Below are positions 1 to 6,865 of a DNA stretch of 13,715 nucleotides, in pieces (the stretch's first letter is position 1; each line of letters begins with the position of its first letter). Below the pieces are notes generated by a model. It saw only the letters and a program-made list of their open reading frames with translations. It did no database searches and was not told the DNA's origin. The DNA is from an uncultured Gemmatimonadota bacterium. Its GTDB lineage: Bacteria > SM23-81. The translations under genes and the position numbers were made by a program. Location: contig CAZOYL010000048.1 in assembly GCA_964584035.1 (NCBI GenBank), forward strand, positions 4,095 to 17,809, in the 5' to 3' direction.

Positions 1-36
1 AAACGGGAGCTTTTCAAACGGGAGCTTTTCAAACGG
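1..36. repeat. Perfect 15-bp tandem repeat AAACGGGAGCTTTTC, about 2.4 copies
   Basis: Read directly: 1-15 and 16-30 are identical, and 31-36 (AAACGG) is a partial third copy. Confidence 0.9.
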
Positions 37-323
37 TGACTGTCCGGGGGCTGCGGGCGGCCGTCATTCCCATTCTGTACGCCGGGCTGCTGTCCACGGG
101 AGTGGCCTATACCCTTCAGGTCATAGCCCAGCGGCGGGCGCATCCGTCTCATGCGGCCATCATCCTCAGCCTGGAGGCCGCCTTCGCCGCCCTGGGCGGC
201 TGGCTCATGCTGGGCGAGGTCCTCAGCCGGCGGGAGCTGTTCGGCTGCCTGCTGATGCTGACGGGCATGCTGCTGTCGCAGATCGACCTGCGGCCCTGGC
301 GGACCCCTCCGGCCGCCGAATGA
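1..323 (+). CDS. EamA/DMT family transporter, 3' part (5'-truncated by the window edge)
   Basis: The frame is open from position 3 to TGA at 321-323. The translation has typical EamA C-terminal motifs (ILYAGLLSTGVAYTLQ, AAIILSLEAAFAALGGWLMLGEVL, GCLLMLTG) and several hydrophobic helices. Confidence 0.9.
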   Translation, partial: TGAFQTGAFQTVTVRGLRAAVIPILYAGLLSTGVAYTLQVIAQRRAHPSHAAIILSLEAAFAALGGWLMLGEVLSRRELFGCLLMLTGMLLSQIDLRPWRTPPAAE

Positions 324-383
324 GCGCCGGCGGGAGATCTTTAAGATCGAATCGCTGTCTGAGTGACACGATGAGGCGAAACA

Positions 384-590
384 GTGGGCCTGATCATCCG
401 TTCATATAGAGATGAAGACCGGTCGGCCGTAATCGCCCTGTGGCGCCGTGTGTTTCCCGATGCTCCGGCCCACAATCTACAGGTGCGGGGGACCAACCGT
501 CCGGCCGTCTCCTTCTATCGATGTCTCGGGTATGAGGTGGAGGACCGCATCAGCATGGGCAAAAAGCTTGAACGGGGTGATGATGGATAA
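384..590 (+). pseudogene. YpeA-like GNAT acetyltransferase with a large in-frame internal deletion
   Basis: The N-terminal IRSYRDEDRSAVIALW...PAHN is fused directly to the C-terminal LQVRGTN..AVSFY..LGYEVEDRISMGKKL. The central GYDGHRGW-like segment and the acetyl-CoA-binding R/QxxGxG motif are missing. It is 68 aa against roughly 140 aa for the family. Confidence 0.8.
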
Positions 591-1200
591 GCTCCTCAAA
601 TATATCGAGAAGCACCTGGTCGATCCCAACCCGGTCCTGGCGGAGCTGGAGAAGTCATACCGGACCGATCAGGATGCCGGCCCCCCGCACATCGGCAGGC
701 ATGTGGGCGCATTCCTGTATTGGATCATCCACCTCATGGATGCCACAGCGGTCCTGGAGTTCGGCACGGCCATGGGCTATTCCACCATCTACCTGGCCCA
801 GGCTCTGCAGCACACGGGCGGTCATCTGACGGCCGTCGAGCAGGACGAAGAGCTGTTCGAGAAGACCGTCCGGAATGTGAACCGGGCCGGCCTCGGCGAG
901 GTGGTCGATGTTATCCGCGGAGACGCCGCCGCCGTCATCGAGGATCTCCCGGGTCCTTACGATCTGATCCTGCAGGATGCGGCCAAGGCCCTCTATCCCG
1001 TCATGCTGGGCGCATGCATCGACCGGACCCGTTCGGGCGGCGTCATTGCCGCCGACGACGCCCTGTTCCGCCCCATGGGCGTCAGGGAAGAGCTCAGCCG
1101 GGTGATCGATGAATACAACCGGCTGGTCTTCGGCCATCCGCAGTTGATCAGCACGATTCTGCCGATCGGCGATGGATTGATCATCAGCGTGAAGAGATAA
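583..1200 (+). CDS. SAM-dependent O-methyltransferase, family 3 (YrrM/TrmR/caffeoyl-CoA OMT-like)
   Basis: Motifs VLEFGTAMGYST, YDLILQDAAK, GGVIAADD and LPIGDGL. The start is ATG 580 or 583, overlapping the GNAT remnant's stop. Substrate cannot be assigned. Confidence 0.88.
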   Translation: MDKLLKYIEKHLVDPNPVLAELEKSYRTDQDAGPPHIGRHVGAFLYWIIHLMDATAVLEFGTAMGYSTIYLAQALQHTGGHLTAVEQDEELFEKTVRNVNRAGLGEVVDVIRGDAAAVIEDLPGPYDLILQDAAKALYPVMLGACIDRTRSGGVIAADDALFRPMGVREELSRVIDEYNRLVFGHPQLISTILPIGDGLIISVKR

Positions 1201-1224
1201 TTGGGCCTGGGCCGAATACCTGAA

Positions 1225-1260
1225 TTGAAGATAGAGGATATTCGATCAAAGATTGAGGAT
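1225..1260. repeat. Degenerate heptamer array (TnnnnGA x5)
   Basis: ttgaaga tagagga tattcga tcaaaga ttgagga in exact 7-bp register, intergenic. Confidence 0.6.
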
Positions 1261-1364
1261 GTATTATTTCATCCGGCACATTCTTTTGTAGAGTGGTTAA
1301 CGTCTGAAAGTTGATGGGTACGATTTAGAATTTTCAAATCTTCTCTTCTCACAGGGAGGCTCCT

Positions 1365-1814
1365 ATGCCCTCACAGTTATGGTGGATCTGGATGATCCTG
1401 GCCGCCATCTGCATCGTGGCCGAAATCTTCACGGCCGGATTTTTTATTTTCTGGTTCGGCATCGGCGCACTGGCGGCCGGACTGTTGTCTTTGTTCGGTC
1501 TGAGCGCCGGATGGCAATGGGCGGCTTTCGTGGTGGTCTCGGGGATTTTATTCGCCGTCTCCCGCCGGTTCGCCGAGCGTTTTACCAAACAGCAGCCTCC
1601 AGGCATCGGCGCCGACCGTTTTATCGGCAAGCGCGGCGTTGTTCTGGAGAAAATCAATAACCGGGAAAACACCGGCAGGGTCCGCATAGATAAAGAGGAA
1701 TGGCGGGCGGACAGTGATGTCGAGGAGATCATCCCGGAGGGCAAGCGGGTGGAAGTCACCAGGGTGGATGGAACCCATATGGTCGTCAAACCCATAGAGG
1801 AGGAAAAGCGATGA
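1365..1814 (+). CDS. NfeD family protein (short form, YbbJ-like)
   Basis: N-terminal TM helices (W..LA...AEIFT.GFF), C-terminal OB-fold motifs ([27 protein letters not shown]). SD GGGAGG at 1353-1358. ATGA overlap with the SPFH gene. Confidence 0.92.
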   Translation: MPSQLWWIWMILAAICIVAEIFTAGFFIFWFGIGALAAGLLSLFGLSAGWQWAAFVVVSGILFAVSRRFAERFTKQQPPGIGADRFIGKRGVVLEKINNRENTGRVRIDKEEWRADSDVEEIIPEGKRVEVTRVDGTHMVVKPIEEEKR

Positions 1815-2800
1815 TCGCCGGAGCCGTGATACCTTTCATCATCGTGGCCTTTGTGCTGCTGATCGTCGCCGCTAAGGGCATCAAGATCGTTCGTCCCTGG
1901 GAGAAGGGGCTCATCGAGCGGCTGGGCAAATACCAGCGCACCGCCGACAGCGGCCTGTCGCTGATCATCCCCTTCCTGGAACGGATGATCAAGGTGGACA
2001 TGCGCGAGCAGGTGGTGGATGTACCTCCCCAGGGCGTCATCACCAAGGATAACGTGGTGGTCGAGGTGGACGCCGTGGTCTATTACGAGGTCACCGACCC
2101 GGTGAAGGTGACCTATAATGTCGCCAGTTTCTATCTGGCGGCCACCAAGCTGGCCCAGACCAACCTGAGGAATCTGGTCGGTGACCTGGCCCTGGACGAG
2201 TCGCTGACTTCCCGGGAGCTGATCAACACCAAGCTGCGCGAGATCCTCGACGACGCCACCGACAAGTGGGGCACCAAGGTGACCAGGGTGGAGCTGCAGC
2301 GCATCGAGCCGCCCTCGGATGTGACCGACGCCATGCACCGGCAGATGAAGGCCGAGCGTCTCCGGCGGGCCATGATTCTGGAGGCCGAGGGACACAAACA
2401 GTCGGCCATCCTCAAGGCCGAGGGCGATGCCGAGGCCATCAAGAAGGTGGCCGATGCCGACAGGTACCAGAAGCTGACCGTGGCCAAGGGTGAGGGCGAG
2501 GCCATCCAGACCGTTTTCGGGGCCATCCATCAGGGAAATCCCTCCAACGATCTCCTCGCCATTAAATACTTAGAGGCACTGCAGAAGATCGCCGACGGCC
2601 AATCGACGAAAATTTTCCTGCCCCTGGAGACATCGGGGATCCTGGGCAGCATCGCCGGTATCGGCGAGCTGTTCAAGGGGCAGCTCCCTCCGGCCACGGG
2701 CGGTGAGGGCTCATTGAAAAGCAAACGAGCCGCCCCGAAACGGCCGGAGAAACCGCCCGAAAAAGAAGGTCCGCCGTCCGGGAACCTGTTCGCCACGTGA
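1811..2800 (+). CDS. SPFH/band 7 stomatin-like protein (QmcA/YbbK-like)
   Basis: N-terminal [55 protein letters not shown]. Canonical pairing with NfeD. Confidence 0.95.
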   Translation: MIAGAVIPFIIVAFVLLIVAAKGIKIVRPWEKGLIERLGKYQRTADSGLSLIIPFLERMIKVDMREQVVDVPPQGVITKDNVVVEVDAVVYYEVTDPVKVTYNVASFYLAATKLAQTNLRNLVGDLALDESLTSRELINTKLREILDDATDKWGTKVTRVELQRIEPPSDVTDAMHRQMKAERLRRAMILEAEGHKQSAILKAEGDAEAIKKVADADRYQKLTVAKGEGEAIQTVFGAIHQGNPSNDLLAIKYLEALQKIADGQSTKIFLPLETSGILGSIAGIGELFKGQLPPATGGEGSLKSKRAAPKRPEKPPEKEGPPSGNLFAT

Positions 2801-2827
2801 GAGGTCCTCTCTCCATGACCGTTCAGC

Positions 2828-2868
2828 CGGCGGCGGCTCGTCCGCCGTGTTCTCAGTCCTTCTTTTTC
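2828..2868 (+). terminator. Possible weak hairpin/terminator after the SPFH gene
   Basis: CGGCGG (2828-2833) pairs with CCGCCG (2842-2847), followed by pyrimidine-rich sequence. There is no clean U tract next to the stem. Confidence 0.3.
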
Positions 2869-2899
2869 TGAGGTCGATAGCGTTCCCCGGGAGGCCTCG

Positions 2900-3658
2900 C
2901 TGCACATTTTTCGCTATCCGCCCGAGATCGTTCTCCTGATCCTGGCCATCTGCCTGCCGGCCTATTTCCTGAAAGGGCTGTCCGGCTTCGGGCCGGGACT
3001 TCTGTTTGTGCCCACTGTGGGTCTGCTGTTCGGTCCCCGCATCGCCCTGGTGTCCTCGGCCTTTGTCGACAGCTTCGTCGGGCTGGGCATGCTGCTGTCC
3101 CTGAGGTATACCCGGGAGGACTGGCCCCTGATCGGCAAAATGGTCGCTTTCATGGCCATGGGTTCGGTGGTCGGTTCCTCTTTGGCCGGCTTCGTGCCCG
3201 CCCCGGCCGTTCTGGGATTGATCGGCCTGTTCGTGGCCGTCTCCGGCGTCAGCTTCGTGGTATTCGACCGGCCGCTTCCTCCCGGGTGGCTGCGCAGCCG
3301 GGTTCTGAAATTGTGGTCGGTGTGCCTGCTGGGTGGACTCACCGGCGGATTGGTGGGCATCAGCGGGCCGCTGATTATTCCCGTGCTGCGGCCGATGATG
3401 GACAGGTCCCGCTTCCGCCGGGTGCTGGTGGCCTTTTTCCTGTGCGAGGGCGTCCTCCGGCTGATCATCTACCGTCTGGTGGGGATGTGGAGCGGGGAGG
3501 TCGTGCGCATCGCCGCCGTGGCCGGCCCGGCCGTGATCGTGGGGCTGCTGCTGGGCTACCGGGCTCATGTCAACATCACCGAGCGCCGCTTCAATGTGGT
3601 CGTGGGCGTGGTGCTGATCCTCATCGCCCTGCGAATCGGCTGGGGTTTGGCGGGGTGA
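2900..3658 (+). CDS. Sulfite exporter TauE/SafE family membrane protein (probable CTG start)
   Basis: The frame extends upstream of the track's GTG 3008 through TM1 and the family motif KGLSGFGPG. The second-repeat motif GGLTGGLVGISGP is present. About 252 aa. SD GGGAGG at 2889-2894 precedes CTG 2900. Confidence 0.85.
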   Translation: MHIFRYPPEIVLLILAICLPAYFLKGLSGFGPGLLFVPTVGLLFGPRIALVSSAFVDSFVGLGMLLSLRYTREDWPLIGKMVAFMAMGSVVGSSLAGFVPAPAVLGLIGLFVAVSGVSFVVFDRPLPPGWLRSRVLKLWSVCLLGGLTGGLVGISGPLIIPVLRPMMDRSRFRRVLVAFFLCEGVLRLIIYRLVGMWSGEVVRIAAVAGPAVIVGLLLGYRAHVNITERRFNVVVGVVLILIALRIGWGLAG

Positions 3659-3672
3659 AAGGAGAACAGATC

Positions 3673-3789
3673 GTGTTTGTCGCCCTGGGATGTCAGGAAT
3701 TTATCATCATCGTGCTCGTTTTTGTATTTCTGTTCGTCCTGCCGGCGGTGCTTTTTCTGCGGTGGTGGCGGGGGGGCAGAAAGGGCTGA
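3673..3789 (+). CDS. Small single-pass membrane protein, 38 aa (MFVALGCQEFIIIVLVFVFLFVLPAVLFLRWWRGGRKG)
   Basis: Strong SD AAAGGAG at 3658-3664, GTG 8 nt later, a long hydrophobic stretch followed by a basic tail, and it lies 14 nt after the TauE stop. Confidence 0.65.
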   Translation: MFVALGCQEFIIIVLVFVFLFVLPAVLFLRWWRGGRKG

Positions 3790-3805
3790 AATACCCCCCC
3801 TTTCT
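3770..3805 (+). terminator. Possible terminator hairpin ending the left-hand gene run
   Basis: AGAAAGGG (3778-3785) pairs with CCCTTTCT (3798-3805). Alternatively G7 (3770-3776) pairs with C7 (3794-3800), followed by TTTCT. Confidence 0.35.
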
Positions 3806-3808
3806 CAA

Positions 3809-3837
3809 TTGACAATTGCCCCAAAATTTGTTATAAT
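3809..3837 (+). promoter_or_regulatory. Consensus sigma70-type promoter with extended -10
   Basis: TTGACA 3809-3814, 17-nt spacer, TG at 3829-3830, TATAAT 3832-3837. Perfect consensus in an intergenic region of GC-rich DNA. Predicted TSS about 3843-3845. Confidence 0.9.
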
Positions 3838-3914
3838 AAGAGACTTTCACCACTACTGGTGGTATGATTGGAACTCCTCAAAAAAGCTGCTTTTGACACC
3901 CCGCGGAGGTCTTC

Positions 3915-4112
3915 GTGTCGGGTTCTGACCTGTTTCCATATCTCACTCTGAGAGGGCATCTCCACCTATTGCTCTATCTGTTGTGTGTCGTCACGGGAAT
4001 ATATCTGTTTCGCCATGCTGCTTTCATATCCGTTCAGCCTCTGGCCTCCCATCTCTTAGCTCCCATTGAGTCGAACGACCCTCTTTTCTCGACTCCGGGA
4101 GTTATTTTTTAA
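3915..4112 (+). CDS. Putative Leu-rich leader peptide or small membrane protein (65 aa)
   Basis: SD GGAGGT 3905-3910, GTG 3915, 14 Leu in 65 codons, first ORF with an SD after the promoter. Codon usage is atypical and no family was recognised. Confidence 0.4.
   Translation: MSGSDLFPYLTLRGHLHLLLYLLCVVTGIYLFRHAAFISVQPLASHLLAPIESNDPLFSTPGVIF
4057..4110 (+). terminator. Intrinsic terminator-like hairpin with U tract
   Basis: TAGCTCCC (4057-4064) pairs with GGGAGTTA (4097-4104, one G-U). GAGTCGA (4068-4074) pairs with TCGACTC (4089-4095). 14-nt loop, then T6 at 4105-4110. Confidence 0.65.
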
Positions 4113-4151
4113 TGGGCTTCGTATCAACGGCTTCGTAACAACTTGGTGTCA

Positions 4152-4264
4152 GCGGTTTCTTATTCACAGTTCCTTATTGGCGGTTTTTTATTCACGGCTT
4201 TTTATTAACAGCTTCTTGTTAACAGCTTCTTATTTAATAAGTTTTTACTCACAGCTCTTTATTG
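4152..4264. repeat. Degenerate 14-bp tandem array, consensus about RCRGYTTYTTATTN, 8 units
   Basis: gcggtttcttattc acagttccttattg gcggttttttattc acggctttttatta acagcttcttgtta acagcttcttattt aataagtttttactc acagctctttattg. Looser copies at 4112-4140 and 4265-4278. Confidence 0.85.
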
Positions 4265-4292
4265 ATGGTCGCGTATCGGCGATCTCGGAGTT

Positions 4293-5195
4293 ATGGAACA
4301 GTTGCGAAATACATTCGCTGCCATCACCGCGGTTCTGCTCTTTCACATCCTGATCGGTTTCTCCTGCGCGCGAGATCCCGGTGCGCCCGGCCCCATGCCT
4401 TCGCGGTTTCCGCTGGCTCAAAGGGAGCCCATTACGGCGGAACACCTCGATCTCGGCAGCGTCCTGATGGAGTCCACCTTCAAGCTGCAGGGCACCTCCC
4501 GGGAGGACTCCCTGCTTTTCGGCAGCGCGTTCATCTTCAACTTGCCCTGCGGGGAAAACAGCCGGCAGGCCATACTGGTCACCTCCGCCCATCTGCTCGA
4601 CACCCTGGACACGGATCAAGCTCTGCTGGGCTTGAGAGACCGGCGCTGGGACGGAACCTGGGAGGAGCGTCCCTGGTGGGTTCAGATCCGCAGCGGAGGG
4701 AAGCCCCTGTGGCGGCGTCATCAAAAGGCCGACGTGGCTGCCCTGTGCATCGACCTGCCGGGTTATGCTGAGATCCCGCTGAGTTCCATGGAGCTGCTGG
4801 CCGATACTGAGACCTTCCAGCGATACCAGATCCATCCCGGAGACGAGCTGCTCTGCCTGGGGTATTCATCCCAGGATGGCATCCACGGCCTTGGAGGTTT
4901 TCCCATCCTGCGGGGCGGGAAGATCGCTTCCTATCCGCTCTATCCGGTGGAGCGTTATGAAAGCTTCAAGTATGATGTGGAGATCTTTCGAGGTTACAGC
5001 GGCGGGCCGGTCTATTTCGATCAGGTGGGACGGATCTATGATGGAGTCGATCATCCCGGTGAGCAGCTTCAGTTCATTGCCGGGCTGCTCTCCCGCCAGT
5101 GGTTCGCCGACCAGGAGGAAACGCAGCCCCTGAAAGTGGCCGAGGTGGTGCATGCCCGGTTCATCCGGGAGATTTTAACCGAATTGATACCGTAA
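4293..5195 (+). CDS. Trypsin-like (PA clan) serine protease, probable lipoprotein
   Basis: Catalytic triad motifs LVTSAH, ADVAAL and GYSGGPV. The N-terminal hydrophobic signal ends in a lipobox-like GFSC. Confidence 0.85.
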   Translation: MEQLRNTFAAITAVLLFHILIGFSCARDPGAPGPMPSRFPLAQREPITAEHLDLGSVLMESTFKLQGTSREDSLLFGSAFIFNLPCGENSRQAILVTSAHLLDTLDTDQALLGLRDRRWDGTWEERPWWVQIRSGGKPLWRRHQKADVAALCIDLPGYAEIPLSSMELLADTETFQRYQIHPGDELLCLGYSSQDGIHGLGGFPILRGGKIASYPLYPVERYESFKYDVEIFRGYSGGPVYFDQVGRIYDGVDHPGEQLQFIAGLLSRQWFADQEETQPLKVAEVVHARFIREILTELIP

Positions 5196-5230
5196 AAGAA
5201 TTTGTTTCCAATCACCTACAGGAGGGACCC

Positions 5231-6391
5231 ATGAGAGAGGTCGCCGTCATCGGCGTTGGAATGAACAAGTGGGGCGAGCTATGGGAGAAATCGATCCGCC
5301 ATGTGTTCGTGGAGGCCGCCCTGATGGCCATCGAGGACGCTGGCGTCGATCACATCGACTCCATGTATGTCGGCTGTATGACCAGCGGTTTGTTCGTGGG
5401 ACAGGAGCACCTCGGCTCCCTGATGGCCGATTATCTCGGCCAGACGCCCGTCCCGGCCACTCGGGTGGAATCGGCCTGTGCCTCGGGAGGAGCCGCTTTT
5501 CGCCTGGGATTCATGGAGGTGGCCGCGGGGATGAGCGATATCGTTCTGGTGGGCGGTGTGGAAAAGATGACCGACGTGGGTGGCGGCGATGCCACCTTCG
5601 CCCTGTCCACGGCCGCCGATCAGGAATACGAGTGCTATCAGGGCGTGACCTTTCCGGGACTCTATGCCATGATGGCCCACCGCCATATGCACGAGTATGG
5701 CACCACCCGGGAACAGCTGGCTCAGGTGGCGGTCAAGAACCATTATAACGGTTCGATGAATCCCCGGGCTCAATATCCCTTCAAGGTCACCGTCGAGCAG
5801 GTGCTCAACTCGGTGAAGGTGGCCGATCCCCTGAGAATTTTGGATTGCTCGCCGATCACCGACGGGGCGGCGGCCGCCATCCTCTGCCCGGTGGATATGG
5901 CCAGGAAAGTGAGCAAGAAAACACTGGTCCAGGTCATCGGTTCGGGCCAGGCCACCGATACCATCGCGCTGCATTCGCGGGAAGACATGACCTGGCTGGG
6001 GGCTACGGCTAAAGCGGCCGAGATAGCTTACGGCATGGCCGGCGTGGGTCCCGAGGACCTGGATCTGGTGGAGGTCCACGATTGTTTCACCATCGCCGAG
6101 ATCTGCGTCACCGAGGCGCTGGGATTGGTGTCAAAAGGTCAAGGTGGCCCGGCGGTCGAGAGCGGCCTGACCGCGCTGGACGGCAAGATTCCCGTGAACG
6201 CCAGCGGCGGCCTGAAGTCCAAGGGCCATCCCGTGGGTGCCACCGGCGTGGCTCAGATCGTGGAGCTGACCGAGCAACTTCGGGGCCAGGCCGGGGATCG
6301 CCAGGTGAAGGATGCCCGGATCGCTCTGGCGCAGAACATGGGCGGCACCGGGGGCAGCACCGCAGTGCACATTCTGAAACGAATTTCGTGA
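5231..6391 (+). CDS. Thiolase / acetyl-CoA C-acetyltransferase, archaeal/SCP2-like type
   Basis: SD AGGAGG 5220-5225. [10 protein letters not shown] start, nucleophile [39 protein letters not shown]-terminal QNMGG. 386 aa. Confidence 0.95.
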   Translation: MREVAVIGVGMNKWGELWEKSIRHVFVEAALMAIEDAGVDHIDSMYVGCMTSGLFVGQEHLGSLMADYLGQTPVPATRVESACASGGAAFRLGFMEVAAGMSDIVLVGGVEKMTDVGGGDATFALSTAADQEYECYQGVTFPGLYAMMAHRHMHEYGTTREQLAQVAVKNHYNGSMNPRAQYPFKVTVEQVLNSVKVADPLRILDCSPITDGAAAAILCPVDMARKVSKKTLVQVIGSGQATDTIALHSREDMTWLGATAKAAEIAYGMAGVGPEDLDLVEVHDCFTIAEICVTEALGLVSKGQGGPAVESGLTALDGKIPVNASGGLKSKGHPVGATGVAQIVELTEQLRGQAGDRQVKDARIALAQNMGGTGGSTAVHILKRIS

Positions 6392-6439
6392 TCATCTCAG
6401 CAGGCGATATAAGAGATATTCTATCCTGAGGAGGATACC

Positions 6440-6835
6440 TTGTCCACATCAGCCAGATATTGGCGGGAGATCCCCCAGCGTTACCGGCTGGAAGCGGCCC
6501 GATGCACTGAATGCGGCCTGACCGCGTTCCCGCCGCGGCTTATCTGTCCGGGTTGCGGATCGACCGATTTCGAGGAGACCAGGCTGCCCGATACCGGGAC
6601 CATTTTAACCTATACGGTCATCCGGGTGGCGCCCAGCCAGTTTGTCGATGAGGCTCCTTACGCCGTGGGTGTCGTGGAGCTTGAAGGAGGAACGCGGATC
6701 ACGACCCAGATCACCGATGTCCCTCTGGACAAGATCGCCATCGGACAGAAGGTCAAGGTGGAGTTCCGGCGCATCCGGGAGGAGGGGCAGGCCGGCATCC
6801 TGTGTTATGGGTATAAATGTGTCCCGATGCCGTAA
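6440..6835 (+). CDS. DUF35 Zn-ribbon/OB-fold protein (thiolase partner)
   Basis: TTG start with SD GAGGAGG. CTEC...FPPRLICPGC zinc ribbon, G.ILTYTVI, PYAVGVVELEGG, IG.KV.VEFRRI, YGYK. Directly follows the thiolase. Confidence 0.95.
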   Translation: MSTSARYWREIPQRYRLEAARCTECGLTAFPPRLICPGCGSTDFEETRLPDTGTILTYTVIRVAPSQFVDEAPYAVGVVELEGGTRITTQITDVPLDKIAIGQKVKVEFRRIREEGQAGILCYGYKCVPMP

Positions 6836-6865
6836 CGGACATCGGTCCCAGGGGGGAGCGCAGGG

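Noticed and set aside
336..348. Palindrome GATCTT-T-AAGATC after the EamA gene
   Set aside because: Short, single, and with no associated promoter or U tract; compatible with chance.
448..579. N-terminal extension of the O-methyltransferase
   Set aside because: It overlaps the GNAT remnant in another frame. Family similarity begins at ATG 580/583.
1297..1324. Possible promoter TTAACG-16-TACGAT before nfeD
   Set aside because: The match and spacing are too weak to call from sequence alone.
1349..2530. 393-aa minus-strand ORF
   Set aside because: Antisense shadow of NfeD/SPFH, expected from GC-rich codon bias.
2815..2871. 18-codon ORF upstream of TauE as a leader peptide or frameshifted TauE start
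   Set aside because: No distinctive codon content, and the SD plus CTG at 2900 explains TauE without a frameshift.
3677..3928. 83-aa + strand ORF
   Set aside because: It spans the consensus promoter and overlaps the better-supported 38-aa ORF; no family resemblance.
4112..4278. CRISPR array
   Set aside because: Units are 14 bp, degenerate and contiguous, with no unique spacers and no cas genes in the window.
4066..4353. 95-aa + strand ORF
   Set aside because: It reads through the terminator and the T-rich 14-bp array, has no clear SD, and overlaps the protease gene in another frame.
5099..5230. N-terminal extension of the thiolase
   Set aside because: It overlaps the protease 3' end. SD AGGAGG and the [10 protein letters not shown] start support 5231.
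6396..6430. Imperfect hairpin overlapping the DUF35 SD
   Set aside because: Short interrupted stems (CTCAG/CTGAG); not distinguishable from chance without folding and conservation data.
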